Positions 1 to 9,149 of a DNA stretch of 27,438 bases are shown one piece after another. The notes under the pieces were generated by a model that made no database searches, had not been told where the DNA came from, and was given only the letters and a program-made list of their open reading frames with translations. The stretch comes from a virus (taxonomy: Duplodnaviria; Caudoviricetes): positions 1 to 27,438 of the IMG/VR virus record IMGVR_UViG_3300042521_002455. One strand, 5' to 3'. A program made the translations under genes and the position numbers. The number at the start of each line of letters is the position of its first letter. Position 1 is the first letter of the stretch.

Positions 1-1
1 C

Positions 2-559
2 TACGTCCTGACCCTGCCGAGCCTCAACCGGACCTTCGTTTTCGATCCTGCAGCCTCCGCAGCGGCTGGGGCGCCCATCTGGCACGAGAGGCAGAGCGGC
101 ACGTCTATCGAACCTGCCAAGTGGGACGTGCAGTGCATTTTCAGCGCCTTCGGCAAGACGCTGGTAGGCTTGCAGGCTGGCAAGGTCGCGGAACTAGACC
201 TCGATACCTACACCGACTTGGGCGAGCCCATCCGGTCCGTGATTGTCGGCCTGCCATTCTATGCCGAGACGCTGCGGGCAATCATGGTGGACTTCGAGCT
301 TGAGTGCGAGCTGGGCGTCGGCGCGATCTCTGGGCAGGGGGCCGACCCCGAGGTCATGATGCGCTACAGCGACGACGGCGGCTTCAGTTGGAGCCACGAA
401 CGGCGCGCGAGCCTTGGCCGGCAGGGTGTCCGCTATATTCGCGCCATGTGGGACCGGCTCGGCGCCTTCCGGCAGCGGACGGTTGAGATTTCCATATCAG
501 ACCCGGTCAAGCGTGCATTCTACGGGATGCGGACCAAGATCAAGCCGTTGCCACGATGA
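2..559 (+). CDS. Packaged-DNA stabilization / tail hub protein (P22 gp10-like), 5'-truncated by window edge
   Basis: Frame is open from position 2 (YVLTLPSLNRTFVFD...WHER), upstream of the 128 start in the track. C-terminal DPEVMMRYSDDGGFSWS...W.RLG.FRQR motif is typical of gp10-like proteins. Confidence 0.8.
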   Translation, partial: YVLTLPSLNRTFVFDPAASAAAGAPIWHERQSGTSIEPAKWDVQCIFSAFGKTLVGLQAGKVAELDLDTYTDLGEPIRSVIVGLPFYAETLRAIMVDFELECELGVGAISGQGADPEVMMRYSDDGGFSWSHERRASLGRQGVRYIRAMWDRLGAFRQRTVEISISDPVKRAFYGMRTKIKPLPR

Positions 560-825
560 CCGCGCCATTCAATTCCAAAACCCGCATCGTCAACCAGGAT
601 GGCACGCCTAGCCAATGGCTGATTGCCTATCTGCAGTTGATCGGAACCGGCGTGGTGAAGCGCACGACTTACACTTACGCGGTAATCGCCACCATGACGC
701 CGACGCTGGGCGACACGGTGGTTTGCACTGATTCGAGCGTGACGACCGTAGGCAACACGCTGGCGGGTGGCGGCGCGAACATCGTGCAGGCCATCGGCAA
801 CGGTACTGACTGGAAGGTGATTTAG
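556..825 (+). CDS. Hypothetical virion protein (position of P22 tail needle gene)
   Basis: ATGA overlap with upstream stop; 89 aa; lies between gp10-like and GNAT genes. Confidence 0.6.
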   Translation: MTAPFNSKTRIVNQDGTPSQWLIAYLQLIGTGVVKRTTYTYAVIATMTPTLGDTVVCTDSSVTTVGNTLAGGGANIVQAIGNGTDWKVI

Positions 826-1269
826 ATGATCCGCGACGCCGTACCAGACGACGCGCCCGAGTTGGTCGAGATGGGCCGCGCTTTCTTTGCCGAGGCAGGA
901 TGGGCCGACAAAGCCGAGTTCTGCCCTGTCAGCTTTGCGCTGACTTTGGAGCGGTTGGCCGAGGCCGGAATCCTGCTGGTTTTCGAGAAAGACGGGAAGC
1001 CGGTCGGCATGGCCGGGGCGCTTTACTCTCCCGCGTACTGGAATGAGAAAGTACTTATCGGGCAGGAGTTGTTCTGGTATTGTGAGCCACCGCACCGCAA
1101 AGGTGCGGGCGCCGAGTTGCTTAGGCACCTCGAATCCGCCGCCAAGGCGCGCAACGTACAATTCTTCGGCATGGTCGCGGAGCATGGGCTTCGCCACGAA
1201 GCACTCGCCCAAGTCTATAAGCGGGCGGGTTATTCGGTTGCCGAGCATACGTTCTGCAAGGCGCTATAA
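826..1269 (+). CDS. GNAT-family acetyltransferase-fold protein
   Basis: MIRDAVPDD N-terminus, acetyl-CoA motif A (WYCEPPHRKGAGAELL) and motif B (YKRAGY). Confidence 0.8.
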   Translation: MIRDAVPDDAPELVEMGRAFFAEAGWADKAEFCPVSFALTLERLAEAGILLVFEKDGKPVGMAGALYSPAYWNEKVLIGQELFWYCEPPHRKGAGAELLRHLESAAKARNVQFFGMVAEHGLRHEALAQVYKRAGYSVAEHTFCKAL

Positions 1270-1932
1270 ATGGCGATTTTCTCCGCTTTATCGGGTGTTA
1301 TTGCTCAGCAAGGCGCGCAGGCTGGCGGCAACATGGCTGCGAGCGCGGCCAACCGTGCCGCACAGATGCAGCAGGAAGAGGCGACGCGAGCCCGTGCGGC
1401 TCTGTCTCCCTGGGTTGCGGCGGGCGGCGGTGCCATCGGCAAGGTGACGAACTTGCTCGGCCTCGGCACTCTCAAGACCAACGGCGGAAACTATAACACG
1501 TATGGGTTGGACCCTGCAGGCGCGAAGGAAACGCAGCAGCAGGCGTTGGCCGACTTCGAGACTTCGCCCGGCTATCAGTTCCGCATGGATGAGGGCTCGA
1601 AGGCGCTGGACCGTTCGGCGGCCTCGCGTGGCCTTCTCCGCTCGGGTGCGCAACAGAAGGCCATTACCGCCTTCGGGCAGGGCATCGCCTCCGAGGAATA
1701 CGGGAACTACATGGACAACCTGCTCGCGGTTTCCGGACTTGGCGGGCAAGCGGCGTCCAGTGGTAACAACACGGCGGCGAACCTGACCGGCAACGCGGCG
1801 GACAACATCTTCCGGGGTGGCGTGGCGCGCGGCTCCGCTTATTCGGCAGGCGCCAACGCGCTTGCAAGCGGTATCAGCAAGGGCGTCGAGAACGCGGCCG
1901 GCGTGATCGGATACAAGGGGTGGTTTAAGTGA
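1270..1932 (+). CDS. DNA transfer / ejection protein (P22 gp7-like)
   Basis: Ala/Gly-rich; SPGYQFR..EG..A..RSAA.RG.L.SG motif typical of gp7-like pilot proteins; first of three ejection genes. Confidence 0.75.
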   Translation: MAIFSALSGVIAQQGAQAGGNMAASAANRAAQMQQEEATRARAALSPWVAAGGGAIGKVTNLLGLGTLKTNGGNYNTYGLDPAGAKETQQQALADFETSPGYQFRMDEGSKALDRSAASRGLLRSGAQQKAITAFGQGIASEEYGNYMDNLLAVSGLGGQAASSGNNTAANLTGNAADNIFRGGVARGSAYSAGANALASGISKGVENAAGVIGYKGWFK

Positions 1933-3908
1933 GCGGCGTCCTTTACCCGGACCTCGCCCGCTCGTTTGCGCTCGGCTCACAGCTTCGCGTTCAGGAAGAA
2001 GAACGCGGCATAGATAAGGAAGTAAACGAGCTAGTTCCGGCTGCGATGAAAGGCGACCAAGCCGCTATCGAGAACATCGCCAGAAAGCGCCCGAACGTCG
2101 CTATGGGCATTTCCGGGATGCTGGAGAAGATGGACGCGGGCCGCCGCGCCAAGGTCAAGGAAGCGTCGGAGTGGACGGCCAAGGCCGCTATGGGCGTGCT
2201 GAGCCTGCCGGAAGCCGAACGCCCGGCTGCGTATCAGGCTGCGTTGGCAGAGGGCCAACGTCTCGGCTACCAGATTGACATGCCGCCGCAGTACGACCGC
2301 GCGGTAGACGGTCGGCTGAGGCAGATACTCAACCAGACCCGCACGTTTGAGAACTATTGGAAGGACAAGCAGGAAGGCTTTGACCTCGTGCCTTCGGGCG
2401 GTGGTGGTGCGGCCCCGCCTTCGGCTGGTGGTGGTGGTGGCGTCAACCCGTACAACATCGGCAACGTTCGCCCGGTCGGCGGTGGCCCCAACAGCGGCTT
2501 TCAGCAGCCCGCCTCGCTAGACGACGGCATCCGCTTGGCGGTCAACAACGTCAAGGCGTACCCGGCCAAGTTCAACAACGGCCAGCCCATGACGCTGATG
2601 CAGATCGGAGCGCGTTGGGCTCCCGTTGGTGACGGCGCAAACGATCCGGGGCAGTGGGCTCGCAACGTCGCCAGCATCGGCGGCCTTGATCCCAACCAGC
2701 CGCTCGACCTGAACGACCCCATGACGGCGGCCAAGTTCGCGCGTGGCGTTCACGGTGCCGAGCATGGCGCCAACAAGGTGCTTCCGCCCGAGCGATACGC
2801 GCAGGCGATCACGGGCGGCGCCGCGCCTCCCGGCATCGCCCAAGGCGACACCGCTCCCCCCGCCGATGCGTCCGGCACTCCCATTCCGACCTCTGACGGT
2901 GGCACGGTCACACCCAGCACCTTGCGATTGCTTACGCCAAATCTCCCGCCCGGCGCGCATCTTGGCAGGGACAGGAAAACCGGCAAGTTGATCGTTCAGG
3001 AAGGCAACTTCAACGTCTACGACAGTAATAAAAACTGGATTGGAATGGTTCCCGTCCCGAAGGCGCAAGAGACGGAAACAGGCCCGTTTGGGAATTCAAC
3101 GCAAGGGCGGGGCCTTAATATTCTTGTTGAAGAAGGCAGGCTAACGCGACAGCAGGCGGCGGAACTGGCGGCTGGCAAGACCGTCACCGACCCCGCAACC
3201 GGGCAGATCATCTTTATGACGCCTTCTGGCATTTTCGGGCAAAACCCTGGACAGGCGCCGCAGCCTCTTTCCAGCCCGCAAGGCGGCGCTCCGATGGCGC
3301 CCGCTGGCGGCCCGGCCGGCGTTCCCGCGCCTGCGGCTCCCGCCGTTACTGTCCCGGCGAATCCCGGTTCTATCCCGTTGACGGGCGTTAGGCCGACCGG
3401 CCAACCGTCTGCAACCGAAATGGCGAAGCTGCGGTCGGCTCGCGTTGAAGCCGACAAGATCACGGCGGCGGCGAACGACTTTAAGACGGAATGGGCGAAG
3501 GCGACTCCAGCGGAGCGCGCTCGCTCTCTGGCGGGCGCCAACACGCCGCTAAACGCCTCGTACAACAACTTCGCCTTGCTGGCGAAGGGCGACGCTTTGT
3601 TTCAGTTGGGCGTGCTGAATGGTCCCGATCTCGACATCATCCGCCGCACGATCCCGGACCCGTCGACGTGGAAGTCAATCATGACTTCGGAGAACGACGT
3701 TACGTCGTCCGTCGACAAGGTGCTGAACATTCTGAATAACGGCGTGTCATCGACCGAGCGGCAGCTTGGCATCACTCCGCCGCAGGGAGCGCCGCCCCCG
3801 GCCGCCACCACGCCGCCTGCCGCTCCGCAAGCGGGCGACATGGTCGATGGCTATGTGTTCCGGGGAGGCAACCCGGCCGACCCGAATAGCTGGAGCAAGG
3901 TCCAGTGA
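1929..3908 (+). CDS. DNA ejection protein (gp20 position) with an internal NPxNI lysozyme-like domain
   Basis: GTGA overlap; 659 aa; Pro/Gly linkers flank an NPYNIGNVR...RWAP...HGAEHG domain; synteny. Confidence 0.65.
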   Translation: MSGVLYPDLARSFALGSQLRVQEEERGIDKEVNELVPAAMKGDQAAIENIARKRPNVAMGISGMLEKMDAGRRAKVKEASEWTAKAAMGVLSLPEAERPAAYQAALAEGQRLGYQIDMPPQYDRAVDGRLRQILNQTRTFENYWKDKQEGFDLVPSGGGGAAPPSAGGGGGVNPYNIGNVRPVGGGPNSGFQQPASLDDGIRLAVNNVKAYPAKFNNGQPMTLMQIGARWAPVGDGANDPGQWARNVASIGGLDPNQPLDLNDPMTAAKFARGVHGAEHGANKVLPPERYAQAITGGAAPPGIAQGDTAPPADASGTPIPTSDGGTVTPSTLRLLTPNLPPGAHLGRDRKTGKLIVQEGNFNVYDSNKNWIGMVPVPKAQETETGPFGNSTQGRGLNILVEEGRLTRQQAAELAAGKTVTDPATGQIIFMTPSGIFGQNPGQAPQPLSSPQGGAPMAPAGGPAGVPAPAAPAVTVPANPGSIPLTGVRPTGQPSATEMAKLRSARVEADKITAAANDFKTEWAKATPAERARSLAGANTPLNASYNNFALLAKGDALFQLGVLNGPDLDIIRRTIPDPSTWKSIMTSENDVTSSVDKVLNILNNGVSSTERQLGITPPQGAPPPAATTPPAAPQAGDMVDGYVFRGGNPADPNSWSKVQ

Positions 3909-6382
3909 GCGGCCCGTGGGAGCGCTACGCCACGCCTTCGCCCGCTGCCGCCGGCCCGTGGACGAAGTACGCCGCTTCAGCTCCAACCGAGGGCGGCGTG
4001 CAGGATTGGGAGCCGGAAGGCTACAGCGGCGGGCAGATGGCCGCGCGCAAGGTTGGATTGGCCGCTCAGGGCACAACTGACGCCCTTATCAGCAATGCTG
4101 CGGCCCCCTTGGATATTTCCGGGTGGTTGTCTCGTGCCACCGGGCTCGTTGGCCAAAATACGCCGCCCATCAGCGCGGCATTCAAGCAGGCAGCCGATGA
4201 TGTGGCGTCTGTGCCGCTGCGTATCCGAGATGCCGTTTCACAGGGCTCCTTCGATCCTCTGTTCGCGACGCGCGATGCCTACGGCACGAGAATCGATCCC
4301 GTTACGACCGGCGAGCGCACGGCCTACGGGGCCGGGCAGGGCGCGGGTAACGCGCTGGCAATGGTTGCGCCCGCTGGCGTGGTCGGCCGTGTGGCTGCTC
4401 CTGGCTCTGTTACTCAAGGTGTTGCCAGCACGCTTGCAACGCAGCCTGTAATGCAGACCGTTGCGGGTGGCGTCGCCGGCGCTGTCACGGGCGCCACTGA
4501 CAACCCGTGGTATGGCTTGGGCGCTGGTGTTTTGGCAGGCGTTGGCCTTCCGTATGCGTCCAGTGTCACTAAGTCCCTTTTCCAGCCGTTCACATCTGGA
4601 GGCAGGGACGCGATTGTCGGGCGGACGCTGAACACACTGGCTGATGACCCGGTGCGGGCCTCGGAAAACATGCTCCGCTACAGGTCTCCGGTGCCAAACC
4701 GGGGGCCGAATGGGGAGCCGGGCTTCCAGCTATCAGCGGCGAAAGCTTCCGGCGACGACTCATTGATGGCGACTGAAAACGCATTGATGCGAGCCGGCAC
4801 TGGCTTTGGACAGCAAGCAAACGCCAATAATGCGGCGCTGACGCGGGCGCTTGATAGCCTCAACGCAGGCGGCGATCCTCGCGCATTCGTCGCCGCTCTT
4901 GGCAGGCTGGACGCGAACGCCGCGATGCGGGCGCAAGCCGCGCTTGATGCGCTTCCGCCCAGCGTCGATCCGACAACGGCCGGGCGCGCGATCCAGAACG
5001 CTCTCCGGGGCCGCTTCGACACGCTGGTAACGGCCCGCAGCCAAGCGGCAGACCCGCTCTATGAAGCGGCGAGGGCCTCGACGCAGCCCGTACCGGCGCT
5101 GCCTTTGGCGTCTCTGGTCGATGATCTGGCGCGCGCCAACAAGGGCGAGCCACGCGCGGCAATGGAGCGGGTGAGGGCGCTGCTATTCGATGCAGACGGC
5201 CAACTCGACCGGACCGCAAGCGGCATGATGGCCTCGCGCTCAGCGATTGGCGACATGCTCGACAATCCCCAGATCGGCAACAATACGCGAAGGCTGTTGC
5301 TTGAAGTCCAGCGCCAGTTGGACACTGCACTCGCGGCAGTGCCGGAAGAGCAGCTAGCGCGCGGGGTATTTGCCGAGAGAAGCGTGCCGCTTAATCCGTT
5401 CGACGCCACGCGAGGCAACAAGACCGTTGCGGGTGCGATCGCGCAAGACCGCCGAAGCGGCACCTTCCTGCAGACCCCGGAGCAGGTGACGGGCAATTTC
5501 CTCCGGCCCGGAGACGCCGGAACCGCAGCGATCCGCGAACTACGCGGTACAGATACCCGCGTTCCGTTGAATGCGCTTGAAGGCGTGGTTGCAAGCCGGG
5601 TTCGGGAAGGCGCTTCCGTTGAGAACATTCGCCCGGCGGTCAACGCGCTTTCCCCGCGCCTAGGGCAGCAGGTCGATGACGTTCGCGCAACAGGCACGCT
5701 TGCGCAGGGCTTCCGCTCGTCGCCCGCCGGCCGCTTCCTGACAGGCGACCTTGATGCCGCCGTGAAGTCCACGCTCGGCGCTCCGGACAGCGCCAACCGC
5801 TTGCAGTCTTTGGCTATGTCTGTCGGAGACGATCCGCAGGCGGTGGCTGGTCTGCGTCGCGCCATTATCGACAACTTCCGCGCCAGCGCCCGGTCGAAGG
5901 TTGCAGAGGACACGATGGGCAATCCCAACCTCGTGGCGGCTGGTTCCGCCCGGTGGCTGGAATCCAATCGCGAGGCGCTTAGAGGCATCCTGACACCGGA
6001 CCAGTTGGGCGGCTTGGAAGCCATCACTCGCGCTCTCAAGGATCAGGCGCGGACCGCGACCAAGGTCGCCGGGTCTGATACCGCGCGCAACCTCGCGACA
6101 CAGAACATTGTCGATAGTCTACTCATTAAGGGCGCGGGAGATTCGGCAATTATGGCGCCGCTCCGCAAGACGCTCAATCTTGTCTACAGCGGCAGCAACG
6201 AAAAGATCGCAGACCGGCTTGCAGAGGTTATGCTTGACCCGCAGGTGGCGGCGGCTTTGATGCAGCGCCCGACCGTGCAGAACATCACGCGCGCCACCAC
6301 GGCGCTGGACCGGGCTGCACTAGCTACCGCAGTCGGCTCCAACGTCGAATCCCGCCCCACAAATCCGCTGCAAGCACGATGA
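3905..6382 (+). CDS. Large DNA ejection protein (gp16 position)
   Basis: GTGA overlap; 825 aa, Ala-rich and helical; third ejection gene before the tail-spike module. Confidence 0.65.
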   Translation: MSGPWERYATPSPAAAGPWTKYAASAPTEGGVQDWEPEGYSGGQMAARKVGLAAQGTTDALISNAAAPLDISGWLSRATGLVGQNTPPISAAFKQAADDVASVPLRIRDAVSQGSFDPLFATRDAYGTRIDPVTTGERTAYGAGQGAGNALAMVAPAGVVGRVAAPGSVTQGVASTLATQPVMQTVAGGVAGAVTGATDNPWYGLGAGVLAGVGLPYASSVTKSLFQPFTSGGRDAIVGRTLNTLADDPVRASENMLRYRSPVPNRGPNGEPGFQLSAAKASGDDSLMATENALMRAGTGFGQQANANNAALTRALDSLNAGGDPRAFVAALGRLDANAAMRAQAALDALPPSVDPTTAGRAIQNALRGRFDTLVTARSQAADPLYEAARASTQPVPALPLASLVDDLARANKGEPRAAMERVRALLFDADGQLDRTASGMMASRSAIGDMLDNPQIGNNTRRLLLEVQRQLDTALAAVPEEQLARGVFAERSVPLNPFDATRGNKTVAGAIAQDRRSGTFLQTPEQVTGNFLRPGDAGTAAIRELRGTDTRVPLNALEGVVASRVREGASVENIRPAVNALSPRLGQQVDDVRATGTLAQGFRSSPAGRFLTGDLDAAVKSTLGAPDSANRLQSLAMSVGDDPQAVAGLRRAIIDNFRASARSKVAEDTMGNPNLVAAGSARWLESNREALRGILTPDQLGGLEAITRALKDQARTATKVAGSDTARNLATQNIVDSLLIKGAGDSAIMAPLRKTLNLVYSGSNEKIADRLAEVMLDPQVAAALMQRPTVQNITRATTALDRAALATAVGSNVESRPTNPLQAR

Positions 6383-6545
6383 CGCGCGTCCACACCCACG
6401 CGGCCCCGACGCCGATGACTAGCACGCAGAGCAGCCACGATTGCCCGGTCGGCAATGGGTCTGTCGCGGCTTGGTATCGATCGAAGGCAAAGGCCGCGCC
6501 GACCGACACGGCGAGCTGTGAAAGCTCCATCCAACCAATTCGCAT
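6324..6545 (-). CDS. Small two-helix membrane protein, antisense to the late operon
   Basis: Fills the 6383-6561 gap; two hydrophobic segments (LAVSVGAAFAF; WLLCVLVIGVGAAWVW); weak SD, start uncertain. Confidence 0.45.
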   Translation of the reverse strand: MRIGWMELSQLAVSVGAAFAFDRYQAATDPLPTGQSWLLCVLVIGVGAAWVWTRVIVLAADLWGGIRRWSRLR

Positions 6546-6561
6546 GGCGGGAGCCTAGCAG

Positions 6562-7722
6562 ATGTCCGCACTCTTCTCACCCCCGCGCTATAGCCCCATG
6601 AGCGGCAACGGCACGTCGTATCCTGCGGCGAAGCTCTACTTCTACGAGACGGGCACCACGACGCCGAAGGACACCTACAACGACGCGGACCTCGACCCGG
6701 CGCACGTCAACGCCAACCCCGTTGTCGCGGATGCCAACGGCCTTTTTGGCGTGATTTACCTTGGGACCGGCGACTACAAGGTGATTCTGAAGGACGCCAG
6801 CGATAACGTGCTATGGACGGTGGACCCGCAGAGCGGCCTTGGAGCGGCGGACACGCTGACTACGCGCGGCGATCTGCTCACGCGCGACGCCTCTGGTTAC
6901 TCGCGTCTAGCCATCGGCACGACGGGCTACTATCTCGCGAGCAACGGCACGGACCCCTACTGGGCATCGCCCATTATTCCGCGCCTTGCCATCCAGGGCC
7001 TGACCTACGCGAACAACGGCACCGACGCGACCAACGACATAGACATTGCGGTCGGCGGCGCTATGGACGGCACCAGCGCCCGAATGATGGTGCTGGGCTC
7101 CGCGCTGACCAAGCGGCTTGATGCCAATTGGGCAGTCGGCACAAATCAGGGCGGGCTTGATACCGGATCAGCCTCAGACACAGATTACTTCATCTGGCTT
7201 ATCAACCGCTCTGATACCGACGTGACGGACGTGCTGTATTCCACGTCTGCCACGGCTCCGACCATGCCGGCGAACTACAATTACAAGCGGCTGATTGGCT
7301 GGTTCAAGCGGGTATCCGGCGCGATTGTCGCGTTCAAGACCTACGAGACAGAAGGCGGCGGCCTTAACCTCATGTGGACCGCGCCGACGCTGGACATTAA
7401 CGACACGCTCAGTACGTCGCGCCGAACCGATGCCGTCAAGGTGCCGCTCGCCTTCTCGACGCTGGCAACGATCCGTGTGTCGCTGGTGGACGCCGCAGAC
7501 AATACCCTCGCGCTGGTGTGTTGCCCCGATGAGACGGACGCGGCGCCGTCCGCAACAGCAGCACCGCTTGCCAACCTGAACAGCCATTCCGGCGCAGCTT
7601 CGACCGAGCAAAAGGAGTTGCGCATCCGCACATCGGCCACCGGCACGATTGCCGCGCGGGCAACCGCTGCGCTCGATACCTACGCCGTCTCCACGGTCGG
7701 CTTTGAGTGGTCGCGGCGATGA
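6562..7722 (+). CDS. Tail fibre/spike protein with N-terminal virion-attachment domain
   Basis: KLYFYETGTTTPKDTY...NPVVADANG...YKVILKDA..LWTVDP attachment-type N-terminus, then LTTRGDLL...RLAIG fibre motif. Confidence 0.75.
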   Translation: MSALFSPPRYSPMSGNGTSYPAAKLYFYETGTTTPKDTYNDADLDPAHVNANPVVADANGLFGVIYLGTGDYKVILKDASDNVLWTVDPQSGLGAADTLTTRGDLLTRDASGYSRLAIGTTGYYLASNGTDPYWASPIIPRLAIQGLTYANNGTDATNDIDIAVGGAMDGTSARMMVLGSALTKRLDANWAVGTNQGGLDTGSASDTDYFIWLINRSDTDVTDVLYSTSATAPTMPANYNYKRLIGWFKRVSGAIVAFKTYETEGGGLNLMWTAPTLDINDTLSTSRRTDAVKVPLAFSTLATIRVSLVDAADNTLALVCCPDETDAAPSATAAPLANLNSHSGAASTEQKELRIRTSATGTIAARATAALDTYAVSTVGFEWSRR

Positions 7723-8066
7723 GTGAGGCAACCTTCATCAACTTTACGGCCTTTCAGCCCTTCGAAGGCGGGAACGGCAGGCGCTTGACCGTTGGGGCGA
7801 CCACCGCCCGCGTCCAGATCCCCGGAACGCAGGCGGTCACGTCTCCCGACCGGCTCCGCATTCTGATTTCAAACAACAACAGCTTCCCGGTTTCGATCCT
7901 CATGGGGCAGGACAGCGTGGAGGCGACGACGGACTGCCAGGAGGTTCTGCCGGGAACTCAGACGCTTTTCACCCCGCCAGTCGTCGCCCCGGATGGCGTA
8001 TGGGTCGCGGCGATCAGCGACGCCGGGGATGGGTACATCCAGATCACCGCCGGATACGGAACATAG
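7719..8066 (+). CDS. Hypothetical beta-rich tail-associated protein
   Basis: ATG at 7719 overlaps the upstream TGA (ATGA); 115 aa. Confidence 0.65.
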   Translation: MSEATFINFTAFQPFEGGNGRRLTVGATTARVQIPGTQAVTSPDRLRILISNNNSFPVSILMGQDSVEATTDCQEVLPGTQTLFTPPVVAPDGVWVAAISDAGDGYIQITAGYGT

Positions 8067-8075
8067 GAGAAGATC

Positions 8076-8381
8076 ATGGCGAACGAGTTTGATAGCGAGC
8101 GTTTGACATATGCCGCGATTGCGGCGGCACAGACGGCGGCAGCGGCTTTCTCTGGCGTGGGCGCGTACCTCTCGCACGTCGTGTTGCAGCCTGCCGCGCT
8201 CACGGCAGCGACGACAATCATTCTTGACGGAACGACGGTGATTTACACCTATACCGGCGGCACGCTGTCAGACCTTCGGCCTATCGTTGTGCCGCTTGGC
8301 TCTCGCAGCCGGAACGGCTCTTGGAACATCACCACAGGCGCCAACATGGCGGCACTGGCGTTCGGCAAGGCCACCATTTGA
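8076..8381 (+). CDS. Hypothetical beta-rich tail-associated protein
   Basis: SD AGGAG upstream; 101 aa; stop overlaps the next start (TGATG). Confidence 0.7.
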   Translation: MANEFDSERLTYAAIAAAQTAAAAFSGVGAYLSHVVLQPAALTAATTIILDGTTVIYTYTGGTLSDLRPIVVPLGSRSRNGSWNITTGANMAALAFGKATI

Positions 8382-9148
8382 TGCTGTTCCGGGAATTCCT
8401 GATGGTTGCGGCGAATGCACGTCTAGGGCGGACGCTGCCCGGTGGCTGGACGCCTGCCTCAATCTCCAGCGCCACGCCGCGCGGCTTTATCGACTTTGAA
8501 GACAATACCAAGATCACCACGGCCACAGGCGTTTCGCAGATTGTGGATTCAATAAGCGCGTCTGCCTTCGTGCAAGCGACGGGCACGGCGCAGCCTTTGC
8601 TTATCACCAGCGCCACCACGGGCCGACAGGTCGCGAGCTTCGACGGCACGGACGACGAGTTGACGTTTGCCGGCATCCCGACCAACTGGCCGGTTGGCAC
8701 GACGGCCGGCGGCATCTTCCTGGTGTGCAATCAGCTCGACACGGCGGCGAATAACCGGGTGGGGATCAGCTACGGTGGCAGTTCAACCAACTCGAACCGC
8801 AGCATCTTTAAAATCTCTTCGCCGTCAGCCGTCCGCTGCCATGCGGGGACGGGCGTGTCGTCTGCCCCAGCAACCACGACGGCGGTCGTTTTTAACGGTC
8901 GTCATTGTGTTTTGTTCGATGTTGGCACAGCAGAGATTCGCGCTAACATAGACGGTGTTTATGGCAGTACATCCGTCACTGCGCCGAATACATCATCCAC
9001 GCGAGCGCGCATCGGTGCCAGTACGGGCACGTTGGCGGCTTCGTTCTTCCAAGGCGAAATCAGCGCGGTCGTTGTGTGGCAAGGCACTCTGAGCGCGCTG
9101 GAGACGCAATATCTCTACCTTTGGGGCGGCAGCCGGTTGGGGTTATAA
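8381..9148 (+). CDS. LamG / concanavalin A-like lectin-fold tail protein
   Basis: Start re-assigned to ATG 8381 (TGATG coupling); FDGTDD motif and C-terminal F.GEI..VVVW..TLS..E pattern of LamG-like domains. Confidence 0.65.
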   Translation: MLFREFLMVAANARLGRTLPGGWTPASISSATPRGFIDFEDNTKITTATGVSQIVDSISASAFVQATGTAQPLLITSATTGRQVASFDGTDDELTFAGIPTNWPVGTTAGGIFLVCNQLDTAANNRVGISYGGSSTNSNRSIFKISSPSAVRCHAGTGVSSAPATTTAVVFNGRHCVLFDVGTAEIRANIDGVYGSTSVTAPNTSSTRARIGASTGTLAASFFQGEISAVVVWQGTLSALETQYLYLWGGSRLGL

Positions 9149-9149
9149 A

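Noticed and set aside
5059-6039. 326-aa minus-strand ORF, and similar long antisense ORFs (1288..1980, 12496..13206, 18036..18704, 21082..22077)
   Set aside because: Shadows of real genes in GC-rich DNA; no recognisable motifs or initiation signals.
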